DNA of 63,165 bases, the filler included, from Octopus bimaculoides (taxonomy: Eukaryota): NCBI RefSeq assembly GCF_001194135.2. It is 5 parts of 5 records of this genome, joined end to end, with 100 filler letters (N's around TTAATTAATTAA, not from the genome) between each part and the next. Parts side by side here need not be neighbours in the genome. Positions count along the whole stretch, not along the records: positions 1 to 20,162 come from NC_068982.1; positions 20,263 to 48,331 come from NC_068992.1; 3 more parts are not named here. The stretch is one strand, 5' to 3'. The translations under genes were made by a program, and so were the position numbers. The notes under the pieces were generated by a model. The model was given only the letters and a program-made list of their open reading frames with translations, did not search any database and was not told the origin of the DNA. Below are positions 11,780 to 23,871 of this stretch, piece by piece. Position 1 is the stretch's first letter, and every line of letters starts with the position of its first letter.

Positions 11780-12215
11780 TATATATGTTTGTGTGCGTGT
11801 CTTTCTGTTTGTGTCTGTCCTCCTTTATCACTTGACAACCAGTATTGGTTTGTTTACGTCCTCGTAACTTAGTGGTTCGGCGTAAGAGACTAATAGAATA
11901 AATACCAGGCTTAAAAAAAAAGGTACTGGGGTCAATTCGTTTGACTAAAACTATTCAAGGTGGTGCCCTAGCATGGATGCCGTCCAATGACTGAAACAAG
12001 TAAAAGATAAAAGGTAAAAGATAATAACAAATAATCACATAAGTTGTCAAAATATGATTCATAATATAGGTGCAGGCATGGCTGTGTGGTAAGAAGATTG
12101 CTTCCCAACCATGTGGTTCCGGGTTCAGTCCCTCTGTGTAGCACCTTGGGCAGGCGTCTTCTAAAGCCTTGTGAGTAGATTTGGTAGACGGAAACTGAAA
12201 GAAGCACGTCGTATA
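11780..12215 (+). mobile_element. SINE family A pieces: a 3' half (11780-12010) and a 5' half (12069-12215)
   Basis: Tail GGTGGTGCCCTAGCATGG..TGACTGAAACAAGTAAAAGA. Head GCAGGCATGGCTGTGTGGTAAGAAG..GGTTCAGTCCC..GTAGACGGAAACTGAAAGAAGC. Confidence 0.8.
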
Positions 12216-12230
12216 TATAAATATATACTC

Positions 12231-14700
12231 CAACCAAACAGGGCAGGTAATATACTGGATCTCTGCTTCACAAATAATATGGATCTCATCCATAATGTGA
12301 AAGTGACACCGACGCTACTCTCGGATCACAATATGGTAGAGCTGACCATGTATGGACCAAAGGAAACCATAGACATGCAGTCTACAAGAAACTCTCAAAA
12401 TCTTTCCAGTTTGAATTTCCATAAGGCAAACTGAAAACAAATTGAGAAAGAGATCCTTAAACAAAACTGGCTTAAATGTCTCTCCTCACCAGACATTGAC
12501 ATGAAACTTCAACAATTTATGTCTGTAATGCAAACCATATGCTACAAATATGTCCCGGAGAGAAAGGCCATTGTACACAAGAGGAAAGTTCTTATGAGAC
12601 AGCATGCAAAAATTTTAAATCGCCTAAACAAACAAATGGAAAGCAGTGAAAAATCCCGCCTGAAAATACAACTGCTAGGGATATATAAAATCTGCAACTC
12701 TCCCATGAAAAAGAAAGAGCAGACAAAGAAGCCTGGGCTGTAGACAATATAAAACCTAACCCCAGAGCCTTCTACAAGTTTGCCAAAGAAACAGCCTCAA
12801 TGCACTGCTGGGTAGGGCCACTCCTCAAAAAAGATGGTTCACTCACAAAAAACCCAATGAGGACAAGTGAAATACTAAATGAGCAATTCAAAAGTTTTTT
12901 TCACCCCATCCTTAGGAAACTTGCAAGTCAGCAAACCAGCTGACTTTTTTTTACCACTGCAGATATAAAAACAGAGGCAGCAATGATTGATTACATCAAC
13001 ATAAAAGAAGACGATGTAATAAGGGCTATAGATGAGATGAAACCAAACTCAGCTACTGGCCCTGATGGATTCCCAGCAATCCTTCTAAAATCATGTAACC
13101 GACTCTTAGCAAGACCACTGCAGTCCCTCTTTCAGAGCTTCCTTGCAACTGGTAAACTTCCAAGCAAGCGAAAGGAAGGTAAAATATGCCCTATTCAGAG
13201 TAGCAGAGTAAAGGCCAAAAACTACAGACCTATCTCTCTGACTTTGCACATGAGTAAAGTCATAGAACGAATAGTCAGAAGAAAACTAATCACCTTCCTT
13301 GAGGAAATTGACTTGCTGACTGGCACCCGACATGGTTTCCGATCAGAAAGAAGCTGTCTGACTCAGATCTTACAACACTATGACTGGGTGTTGAAACAGC
13401 TGCTCAACCACTCAAATGTAGATGTGATATATCTCGACTTTGCAAGGGATTTCGATAAAGTCGATGATGGAATATGTCACAAACTGCGTGATCTCGGAAT
13501 AGTCGGGAAAATGGAAGAATGGCTGCATGACTTTCTGATGGATAGAAGTCAGGCGGTAGTAGCCAATGGGGCTACCTCCAATGACACGCAAATAATGAGT
13601 GGTGTTCCGTAAAGCACTGTTTTGGGACCACTACTGTTCATAATGGCCCTCTCAAATATGCCCTCAGCCACACAGAGAGCCACGATCACAAGTTATGCAG
13701 ATGATACAAAAGTTTCACAGGTGATACAGAACCCTGAAGACGCTATGCACCTGCAATGTGAGTTGGATGAAATATACACATAGGGCTAAGAAGAATAGCA
13801 CACAGTTTAATGCTAAAAAGTTTCGAGCCCTATGCTATCAGCATGCAAAACTAAATGCAATACCTATTAAATACACTGGACCTGGAGGGATTGCATTCCA
13901 AGAGACACAGTCAGTGCGAGACCTGGGCATTTACATGAGTAATGATGCATCCTTCAATGTGCATGTTGCTAAGTTGCAATGAAATGCAGGATGCTGACTG
14001 GATGAACTCTTAGAACTTTTAGAACGAAAGATCAGGAACCCATGATGGTCCTCTGGAGGACATTAGTCCTAAGCGGCTTCAACTATTGTTCCCAGTTATG
14101 GTCACTAATCAGTGTAAAATTAATTGCAGAATTTGAGAAAATCCAACGAAGCTACACGAAGAAGGTAGCCTCTATACACCATATAAGCTACTGGGAAAGA
14201 CTCAAGGGATTGAGACTCTATTCCCTAGAATGTAGGCGGGATAGATATGCCATAATATACATCTGAAAGATCCTAGTGGGACTTGTCCCGAACTTTGGTA
14301 TTGAAAGTTACACTAACGCTAGAACAGGGCGCCACTGCATTGTGCCAAAGTCTCCAACTTTGCTATCTACTCTAGGCACAAGACCCGAAATTTTTGGGGA
14401 GGAGGCCAGTCAATTAGATCGACCCCAGTACGCAACTGGTATTTAATTTATCGACCCCGAAAGGATGAAAGGCAAAGTCGACCTCGGTGGAGTATGAACT
14501 CAGAACGTAAAGACAGACGAGATACCGCTAAGCATTTCGCCCGGCATGCTAACGTTTCTGCGAGCTCGCCGCCTTAAAATATAGGACAAAATATTGCAAC
14601 AGCCTGGACTTTAAAGGCCCACGGCTCTTCAATATCTTCCCGAAGGACACGAGAGACCTACGGGATTTAGAAACTGGCATTTTGTGCGTGATGACAACAA
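12231..14700 (+). pseudogene. CR1-clade LINE ORF2 (end of APE endonuclease plus reverse transcriptase), 5'-truncated, many stops and frameshifts
   Basis: RAGNILDLCFTNN, SATGPDGFPAILLK, NYRPISLT, HGFRSERSC, DVIYLDFARDFDKVD, SGVP*STVLGPLLF, YADDTK (13694-13711), LYSLECRRDRY. Resumes after a SINE D insertion as YCNSLDFKGPRLFNIFP. Confidence 0.92.
14366..14575 (-). mobile_element. SINE family D, full length, nested in the CR1
   Basis: Complete reverse-strand copy. The CR1 reading frame joins up across it. Confidence 0.9.
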
Positions 14701-15187
14701 GCTGGGTAAAAGCAAGAAAACACAACGTAAAATACATGTTGTTTGGACAGAACAGCTACACATGGGTAAGCAGGTTGCAGAACAGCTTGGCTTGTTAGTA
14801 TGGAAGCAGGCACTTATATGTCTGTGCCTTTTGATTGGCTAAATGACAAAAATGAATTTCATTTCCATTATTAGCATGCAAAACTACATCAATCCACCAA
14901 ATTTGAAATCAATTGGAGCAAAATCGAAGGAGTTGAAAAGTGAAAGCCAAACAAAAGATCCGATCATTGAATCAGTTTCTGGAATGGGCGGCGCGTTGTG
15001 TTTCCTGAATATTTTACATTGCTCTTGTCTACGACTGAAATGAATGCAGCCAAATACTGGTGAAAACCACTCCTTCTCCCTCTAGCTACCACATTGCCCC
15101 GTAATGATCCGATAGGTCAAGGACGGGTGTCTGTTTGCTCGTGACTACATAGCCACATAAAACAATTAGCAAAAGCATGGCACAACA

Positions 15188-16208
15188 TGCATTCCAGAAA
15201 TTTTGGAACTTTTTCAGGGAAGACATTAATTTCAAAGAAGTACAGAACTCTAACCTCCTTCAAAGTAGGATCCAATGACTTCAATGCATTTGTTGTAGCG
15301 CCCCAGCCACTTCATGAAGGCCTTATGGAAGTCCTCCAAGGTGAAGGTGCCCAGGATCCTTGGCAAGTCTCCTTCATCTTCTCCTTCAGCTTGGGAAACA
15401 ACCAAAAGCCACAGGGAACAAAGTCTGGATTGTAGAGAGGAGTGAATGACAGTTTTGGTTACCAAGATAGAATTGTAGAAAGGCGGCGAGCTGGCAGAAA
15501 CGTTAGCACGCCGAGCGAAATGCTTAGCAGTATTTCGTCTGTCTTTACGTTCTGGGTTCAAATTCCGCCGAGGTCGACTTTGCCTTTCATCCTTTCGGGG
15601 TCGATAAATTAAGTACCAGTTGCGCACTGTGGTCGATGTAATCGATTTAATCCCTTTGTCTGTCCTTGTTTGCCCCCTCTATGTTTAGCCCCTTGTGGGC
15701 AATAAAGAAACAAGAATTGTAGATTGGTGCATTGTCCTGCTGTAGATGCTCTGGCCTTTTGCGACGACTATCTTCCTGAACTCCATAAAAACCTCCACAA
15801 AATACTCTTTGTTAATCGTCTACGAAGAGGAAACACGGTGGATATAGATAATGCTCTTGCTGCCGAGCTTCCCGGTGGACTTGCTTTGCCTGGTTTCTTG
15901 TTCCAACGTAAAACAGATATTTAGCTCATACAAGTTAATCCATAAGCAGTCTGGAACATTTCATAAGAATCTGTAGCGTTTTTTCCCCCAGTTTAACCCA
16001 AAATTTTATTGGATAGCGAGCTTCCGGATTGTCTTCACACCCCGACAAGCAGTGTTTAATTTGGAATAAAAATTATTTAATTTGAAATAATAAATGTTGG
16101 CAGGTCAGCTTATTAGATGTATGGTAATGATATACTAAAATTACAATAATATCGGACAGTTATAACTGCCTCTCCTAAAAAAGTCTCAAACTTCTGGAAT
16201 GCACCTTA
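15188..16208 (-). mobile_element. mariner transposon, internally deleted, both TIRs present
   Basis: TIRs TGCATTCCAGAA at 15188 and TTCTGGAATGCACCTTA at ~16192-16208. Minus-strand peptides FWVKLG.., EMFQTAYG, INKEYFVEV, QDNAP and FHKAFMKWLGRYNKCIEVIGSYFEG. Confidence 0.85.
15480..15712 (+). mobile_element. SINE family D variant with an alternative 3' tail, nested in the mariner
   Basis: Full head plus central domain, then TTGTTTGCCCCCTCTATGTTTAGCCCCTTGTGGGCAATAAAGAAA. 11-bp TSD AGAATTGTAGA (15469-15479, 15713-15723). Confidence 0.9.
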
Positions 16209-16224
16209 CATGTATGTTAGGATC

Positions 16225-16432
16225 CACAATGAGCAGAACTTACTTGCAGGTATTGGTAGTGCAAATCAGAGGTGCAATCTGTGTGGGTGTTTTTTCAAAA
16301 CACTGTCTGGTTTAAAAAGCCACATCAGACGCCATGAAAGGGCTAAGGTGTAGGTGCAGGAGGTGGTCAAACTCTGTTTAAGGAGTAGACAACCACCATG
16401 TATGTATGTATGTATGTATGTATGTATGTATG
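16225..16432 (+). mobile_element. RTE-type LINE 3' end with (TGTA)n tail
   Basis: C-terminal CCHH finger CNLCGCFFKTLSGLKSHIRRH, then a stop, a short UTR and a tandem-repeat tail. Confidence 0.6.
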
Positions 16433-16981
16433 NNNNNNNNNNNNNNNNNNNNNNNNNNNNNNNNNNNNNNNNNNNNNNNNNNNNNNNNNNNNNNNNNNNN
16501 NNNNNNNNNNNNNNNNNNNNNNNNNNNNNNNNNNNNNNNNNNNNNNNNNNNNNNNNNNNNNNNNNNNNNNNNNNNNNNNNNNNNNNNNNNNNNNNNNNNN
16601 NNNNNNNNNNNNNNNNNNNNNNNNNNNNNNNNNNNNNNNNNNNNNNNNNNNNNNNNNNNNNNNNNNNNNNNNNNNNNNNNNNNNNNNNNNNNNNNNNNNN
16701 NNNNNNNNNNNNNNNNNNNNNNNNNNNNNNNNNNNNNNNNNNNNNNNNNNNNNNNNNNNNNNNNNNNNNNNNNNNNNNNNNNNNNNNNNNNNNNNNNNNN
16801 NNNNNNNNNNNNNNNNNNNNNNNNNNNNNNNNNNNNNNNNNNNNNNNNNNNNNNNNNNNNNNNNNNNNNNNNNNNNNNNNNNNNNNNNNNNNNNNNNNNN
16901 NNNNNNNNNNNNNNNNNNNNNNNNNNNNNNNNNNNNNNNNNNNNNNNNNNNNNNNNNNNNNNNNNNNNNNNNNNNNNNNNN

Positions 16982-17013
<32 letters not shown>

Positions 17014-19107
17014 TTTTAAACTAGATTCTGAGTGACGGCTGTAAAGAACTGCTGAAAAACAAAAAATCAAAAAATCAAAACCACACAACAATAACAGCAA
17101 TAAAGATAAACCAAAACAAACCAAAAACAAAACAAAAAACATTGGAACAAAATAATTGTCTAGCAAATCTATCGAGCAGAATTCTGTGGAATATAAACTA
17201 TATAAGATGAATATGCATTAGTATTTATACAGCAAATTCTATAATGGCTGCAACATTAAGAGAATTGATAATTTCCAAATGAATGGACGTTATAATAGTT
17301 TATACTTTGAAGTATCCAGAAAAGAGAGATAGCTACTATTTTACAATCAAGCCAAATATTCACGTATCTAAGAAAGCTGCCATTGTGTAATAATAGATTT
17401 CGGTCTCGAAACATAAGCGAATTAGCACATTTTTGTTTTTCTTAGATAATGCTTATAGCTGAAACTATATATAGGATTGTCCTGAATAAAGTATGAAGAA
17501 TAAAAGTGAGACTGTATACAGTAACACATTTGATTACCGAAACGGTAGATAAGCAATCCGATTAAAACCTCTACCAAGTGCAGTCATAATAGAGCACAAA
17601 TATTGATCTCTGGTACATAAATCAAAAGAAGGCATTGTTGTGGAATTTAGAATTCAGTTGAATTGCTGATGTAAATTTTACAACAAAAGTCATTTATATA
17701 AGAAAATATTTTTAGCAATCGTTGTGTTGTGTTTGAGCTCTAATTATAAGTTACCATTCATTTGATGTACTTTGTTACATAACTAAATATCTATTAGATA
17801 AACTTGAAGAATTATGCTTTTCAAAGACGAACAGAAACAATTGTCTCGAGTTATTTAAATTAAGTATATTGATTTAACGTTCACTTAGCATAAAAACCTT
17901 TTGTCGAAGAGGAAGATATATTGAATCGATTGAATCGACACCGTTGTATTACTGGTAGTATTTCAAGGAAGTCTGCGTATGCCAACGAATGGGGTTCTAC
18001 GTAGTCATATGGCCTACTAGAAATTACAGTTAAAATCTCTCAAGGGACTGTATAAAAAAACAAACAAACTAAAAACCAAAAAAGAAAGGATATATTAGTT
18101 AATGCTCTACTAGCTATGGACCTGATAATTACAACTGGAACACCGCTGACCACCACTGACCACCACTGATCGATCAAGATAGATATTGGGGTAAACAATA
18201 GCAAAAACAATGAAAACAGTAAAGGTAGCGGAATCAACAATGACAGGTACTTATTTCACCAACATCGAAATGATAAAGGCAAAAATAGGTCCCTCTAGGA
18301 TTTGGATTCAGGATATATATNNNNNNNNNNNNNNNNNNNNNNNNNNNNNNNNNNNNNNNNNNNNNNNNNNNNNNNNNNNNNNNNNNNNNNNNNNNNNNNN
18401 NNNNNNNNNNNNNNNNNNNNNNNNNNNNNNNNNNNNNNNNNNNNNNNNNNNNNNNNNNNNNNNNNNNNNNNNNNNNNNNNNNNNNNNNNNNNNNNNNNNN
18501 NNNNNNNNNNNNNNNNNNNNNNNNNNNNNNNNNNNNNNNNNNNNNNNNNNNNNNNNNNNNNNNNNNNNNNNNNNNNNNNNNNNNNNNNNNNNNNNNNNNN
18601 NNNNNNNNNNNNNNNNNNNNNNNNNNNNNNNNNNNNNNNNNNNNNNNNNNNNNNNNNNNNNNNNNNNNNNNNNNNNNNNNNNNNNNNNNNNNNNNNNNNN
18701 NNNNNNNNNNNNNNNNNNNNNNNNNNNNNNNNNNNNNNNNNNNNNNNNNNNNNNNNNNNNNNNNNNNNNNNNNNNNNNNNNNNNNNNNNNNNNNNNNNNN
18801 NNNNNNNNNNNNNNNNNNNNNNNNNNNNNNNNNNNNNNNNNNNNNNNNNNNNNNNNNNNNNNNNNNNNNNNNNNNNNNNNNNNNNNNNNNNNNNNNNNNN
18901 NNNNNNNNNNNNNNNNNNNNNNNNNNNNNNNNNNNNNNNNNNNNNNNNNNNNNNNNNNNNNNNNNNNNNNNNNNNNNNNNNNNNNNNNNNNNNNNNNNNN
19001 NNNNNNNNNNNNNNNNNNNNNNNNNNNNNNNNNNNNNNNNNNNNNNNNNNNNNNNNNNNNNNNNNNNNNNNNNNNNNNNNNNNNNNNNTATATATATATA
19101 TATATGT

Positions 19108-19472
19108 ATGTGGCTGTGTGGTAAGAAGCTTGCTTCCCAACAATATGGTTTCGGTTTCAGTCCCACTGCGTGGCACTTTGGGCAAGTGTTTTCTACCATA
19201 GCCTCGGGCTGAACGAAGCCTTGTGAGTGGATTTGGTAGACGTAAACTGAAAGGAATCCGCCCCCCCCCACACATGTGTGTGTGTCTGCATTTGTCCCCG
19301 CTACCGCTTGACAACCAGTGTTAGTGAGTTTATGACCCAATAACTTAGCGTTTCGGCAAGAGAGACTGAGAGAATAAGTATCAGGCTTAAGAGAAATTAA
19401 GTCCCTGGAAAGTCCTACAAGGCAGTGCTCCAGCATGGCCACACTCAAATGACTGAAACAAGCAAAAGATGA
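19108..19472 (+). mobile_element. SINE family A, near full length
   Basis: A box TGGCTGTGTGG, B-box-like GGTTTCAGTCCC, CORE-like GTGGCACTTTGGGCAAGTG, and tail GGCAGTGCTCCAGCATGGCC..GACTGAAACAAGCAAAAGA. Confidence 0.9.
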
Positions 19473-19886
19473 AACATATATATTGGACAAGTAGCTCCTA
19501 TTTCTAAACTAAAGACTAATTCTCTCAGCAACTCAGTTACTGATGCATGTATAATTGATATTACATATTTTGAGCAAACCAATCAAAAATACGGAGCAGA
19601 ACAGGCTTCGTTGAAGCATATTCTTTCTACTAATTCAACATATATTCCAATTAATGATTTTGCCTACAAATTGCACGGTTGTTCAGGGGATTTAAGTTTT
19701 CAATTCACTAGATTTCATGTATGTGACACTATCGTTTTTGTAGTGAGTATGAAGAACGTTTTCCAAATGTATTTTCCTCTCAGTCATGTTGTTGATAATC
19801 ATAATCAGTACCACTACTTCCTACCTCTGTTCGTCTATTTGTGTGCTTGTATGCATGTGTGTGCGTGCGTGCGTGTGTTTGTGTGT

Positions 19887-19931
<45 letters not shown>

Positions 19932-20262
19932 TAGTTTACTTGTATGGATATACATATCTTTATACATACACACACATATGCATACATACATACATACATA
20001 CATATATATATGAATGAGAAAAAGAAGAAAATGGAGAGATTGACATATAGACATCAGTTTATTCAAATATATTCAAATCAATATAATAACTAGGATGCGA
20101 ACATCCCTTAAAGGACTATAGGTCCTTGGTATAATTATGTGTATATATATATATATATATATNNNNNNNNNNNNNNNNNNNNNNNNNNNNNNNNNNNNNN
20201 NNNNNNTTAATTAATTAANNNNNNNNNNNNNNNNNNNNNNNNNNNNNNNNNNNNNNNNNNNN

Positions 20263-20650
20263 AACTTTGACAACACCGTTTTCAATTTTTAACATGTCTT
20301 TATATTTTAATATGTCGCTTTTGTTTGTCGACAGCTGGCGGGTTCCACCTCCAGCCGCCGATGCAAAACTTCTTTTTTGTTTTTCTTCCGTTTGTATGCT
20401 TTTCACATTTATGTTCCTCCTTGTAACGGTACAATTTGATAGATTTGGAAACTCCTCTTCAGAAGAATCCGAAACTTCTCCAAACAATAAATTTTCTATA
20501 TTTTTTCCCTCGGTTGACGCCTCTTCGCCAGGCGAAGATACACTATTCGGCATCTTACCAGCAATTACTGTTTCCCCCACAGGAGAAACACACGATAGTT
20601 TTCGAACGAAGACTATCACACAAAAACAGTCAGTGGAAACTTGCACTTAC
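20263..20650 (-). pseudogene. Probable non-LTR ORF1 N-terminus (copy E3), cut by a scaffold join
   Basis: Stop-free ~130 codons. KRSFASAAGG..ILKYKDMLKIENG resembles E1 KTYAAATG..IGKYKEMIKKEG. Confidence 0.45.
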
Positions 20651-20879
20651 TGTACAGACGCAGTCAAATAATAAGTAATAATCAAAATTCACGGAGTCGT
20701 TATACCGCTAAGCATTTCAACCGGTGTCACACAGACGAAATACTGCTAAGCATTTCGCCCGGCGTGCTAACGTTTCTGCAAGCTCGCCGCCTTAGTGGAG
20801 GGAATAATAGCGCCTCCTGGTTCTGTAGGTAAAACGAAATAATAAACTGATAGGCAAGCGTGGCAAGAAGTTTGCTTCC

Positions 20880-23011
20880 GTTTCCGGTTGCCACTTGTCC
20901 TACTGCAGCCGAGCTGTGTGGACGTGAGTCTTTCGACTCCGTCCGAGAGGGAAAAACAAAAAGAAAATTCGAAAATTCGCACTGAAGGTTCTTATCACGC
21001 TAGTGGCGAATTAAGAAGCTCAGCTGCAAGGTAAGACTGTTTGTGTTCTGGTTCCGGTGAGGGCTTGTTGTTTGTTGTACTAATTTTTTTACGAGCAAGG
21101 AGTCCCTACTGGATGGTATGCATTGGTCTGCCTGCAGTTGAGCAATTGGTTCACTTTTTCTTGTGAATAATTGTTCTCATTGTGAGAAATATTGTTTTGG
21201 GGGTGTACCCCACTTCAAGAAAAAAAAAGATAGAAAAAAAAAAGTTGAATTTTTATTCGCTTTATGAAAGCAATTTATTCAGAGAGAATTGTGCCAGTCG
21301 CTGTGTTCCGGATTCAATTGCAATCCAGGAGTACTTAGTGGCCGAANNNNNNNNNNNNNNNNNNNNNNNNNNNNNNNNNNNNNNNNNNNNNNNNNNNNNN
21401 NNNNNNNNNNNNNNNNNNNNNNNNNNNNNNNNNNNNNNNNNNNNNNNNNNNNNNNNNNNNNNNNNNNNNNNNNNNNNNNNNNNNNNNNNNNNNNNNNNNN
21501 NNNNNNNNNNNNNNNNNNNNNNNNNNNNNNNNNNNNNNNNNNNNNNNNNNNNNNNNNNNNNNNNNNNNNNNNNNNNNNNNNNNNNNNNNNNNNNNNNNNN
21601 NNNNNNNNNNNNNNNNNNNNNNNNNNNNNNNNNNNNNNNNNNNNNNNNNNNNNNNNNNNNNNNNNNNNNNNNNNNNNNNNNNNNNNNNNNNNNNNNNNNN
21701 NNNNNNNNNNNNNNNNNNNNNNNNNNNNNNNNNNNNNNNNNNNNNNNNNNNNNNNNNNNNNNNNNNNNNNNNNNNNNNNNNNNNNNNNNNNNNNNNNNNN
21801 NNNNNNNNNNNNNNNNNNNNNNNNNNNNNNNNNNNNNNNNNNNNNNNNNNNNNNNNNNNNNNNNNNNNNNNNNNNNNNNNNNNNNNNNNNNNNNNNNNNN
21901 NNNNNNNNNNNNNNNNNNNNNNNNNNNNNNNNNNNNNNNNNNNNNNNNNNNNNNNNNNNNNNNNNNNNNNNNNNNNNNNNNNNNNNNNNNNNNNNNNNNN
22001 NNNNNNNNNNNNNNNNNNNNNNNNNNNNNNNNNNNNNNNNNNNNNNNNNNNNNNNNNNNNNNNNNNTAAAGCTAATTTGACCCTATGAACCCCAGTGGCA
22101 GTAGGAGACATTCTGCTTCCAGACTTCTTGAAAATGGCAGGGGCCAGGTACCCTATGATGCTTGAGGGACGCTCCCCCAGGTGTCATTGGTGCCTGGAAC
22201 CTGGACATATAAGGAAAAATTGCCCTAAGAGCCGTGAAATGGCCCCGGTGCAGGATAAAGAAAGTGCGCCCGTCGCCCCTCCCTCCCCCCTTGAGAGGAG
22301 TCTGCGAGTGAAGAGAAGGGCCCTCTGGTTGTGCCGGTGGAGGCCCAACCCCCCACAGACGATAAAAGGAAGAAAAAGAAAAGGAACGGGAGAGGGACGA
22401 TGGTCGCCATTGTGCCGCCGGTCGAACCCGAGGCCCCTCCGGTGGGTAGTGAGCCACTGGAGCTGGAGGCTCTGCCAGTGGAAATTGTGCCACTGGCAGA
22501 GCAAGCTGCGGTCCCTCCCGCTGACGAGGAAGCAGAGATTATCCTCTGTTACCTCAAGGACGGGCCCGTTTAACTTTATTTAGACAATTGTTTGGATCGT
22601 CAACGGTACGACTCGACCGCTATAGACTATCCAAATTGGCCTCCGCAGGTGTGTGCGGAGGTCTTGTATGGTAGTGAAGGTAACAAAGTTGAAAGGATAT
22701 GTGACAGGAAGGACTTCACCATCATAAAGCTGGACCAGCCATTGCGGGTTGTCCTGCAGGCAGCAGGAGTCTTGCTTGGGGGACCGGATGTGGAGGACCA
22801 TAGGACTTAATTTGGTTTTGTTGATGATTTTTATTGAACTATGTTTTTGAGGAGTTGTCGGTCGGCGGGTGCCGGTGCCTCTCCCAATTTTTACTCATCT
22901 TATTGTATTCATTTCATTCATTAATGTCCGTGTCCAGCCTGCAGCTTCTTTGTTTGTTTGTCTTTGTTTGTCCCCTCTATGCAATGCCCTTATGGCAAAA
23001 TTTATGAAATA
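20880..23011 (+). mobile_element. ORF1-only (HAL1-like) non-LTR element, copy E2, full length
   Basis: 15-bp TSD AAGAAGTTTGCTTCC (20865-20879, 23012-23026) inside a SINE A head. ORF1 knuckle CHWCLEPGHIRKNC (22182-22223). ORF ends at 22810 and a 3' UTR with AATAAA follows. About 2.1 kb including ~720 N. Confidence 0.8.
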
Positions 23012-23340
23012 AAGAAGTTTGCTTCCCAAACAAATGATTCCTAATTCGGTCCCATTGCGTGATAGCTTAGGTTTGTATCTTCTGTCAGACCCGAGGCCGA
23101 CCAAAAATTTAAGAGTTGATTTAGTTGACAAAGTCTGAAAGAAGCCTGTCGCATCATAAGGTGTGTGAGTGTATTTTCGTCTTTGTCACCAACACCATGT
23201 GAAAACCGATGTTGGTTTATTATTGTACCCGTAACATAACGGTTCGGCAAAAAGGAACTGATAGAATAAATACCAAGCATTAAAGTGTTGTACACCAGCA
23301 CGACCGCAGTCCAATATCTTTGTAACAAGTAAAGGAATTG
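23012..23340 (+). mobile_element. SINE family A, downstream part (5' end at 20852-20879), interrupted by E2
   Basis: The family-A head sequence resumes exactly after the second TSD. Confidence 0.8.
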
Positions 23341-23821
23341 GATGAAAACTGCTTTTTCTTATTTCATCTATTAAATCATAAAGACATACGTAATATGACT
23401 GATTGAAAAAGAGAGAGACTGAGAGAGAGAGAGAGGGGGGTGATAGTGAGATACAGAGAATAAGGCGTAATGAAGCAGAGAGCAGTAGAGAGAAGTGTAA
23501 ATGTAGATAGATAGATAGATTAGAGAGAGAGAGAGAAAGAGTATAAGAGAGAGGGTGAAAAGGAAGGATTTAGTGAGACGCATTTTTATAGACGTGGGAC
23601 GAATTGAGGGATAAATGACTTTTACATTAACAAAGTCGTTACATACACCCGTTAATGTATTCATTGTATACACACACGCACAGAGAGGATAACGTGTATC
23701 TATGACGTCGTATAATGTTTATGTAGCCTCCTTTGACGAACAGTTATGCACACACATGGCGTACATATACACACTTCTTAGATTCTATACTTACACATAA
23801 ACTGCAGATATATGTCTGTAT

Positions 23822-23871
<50 letters not shown>

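Noticed and set aside
20163-20262. TTAATTAATTAA centred in 44+44 N, repeated at 48332-48431, 54948-55047 and 61093-61192
   Set aside because: The identical 100-bp layout and stops in all six frames indicate an artificial scaffolding spacer, not biology.
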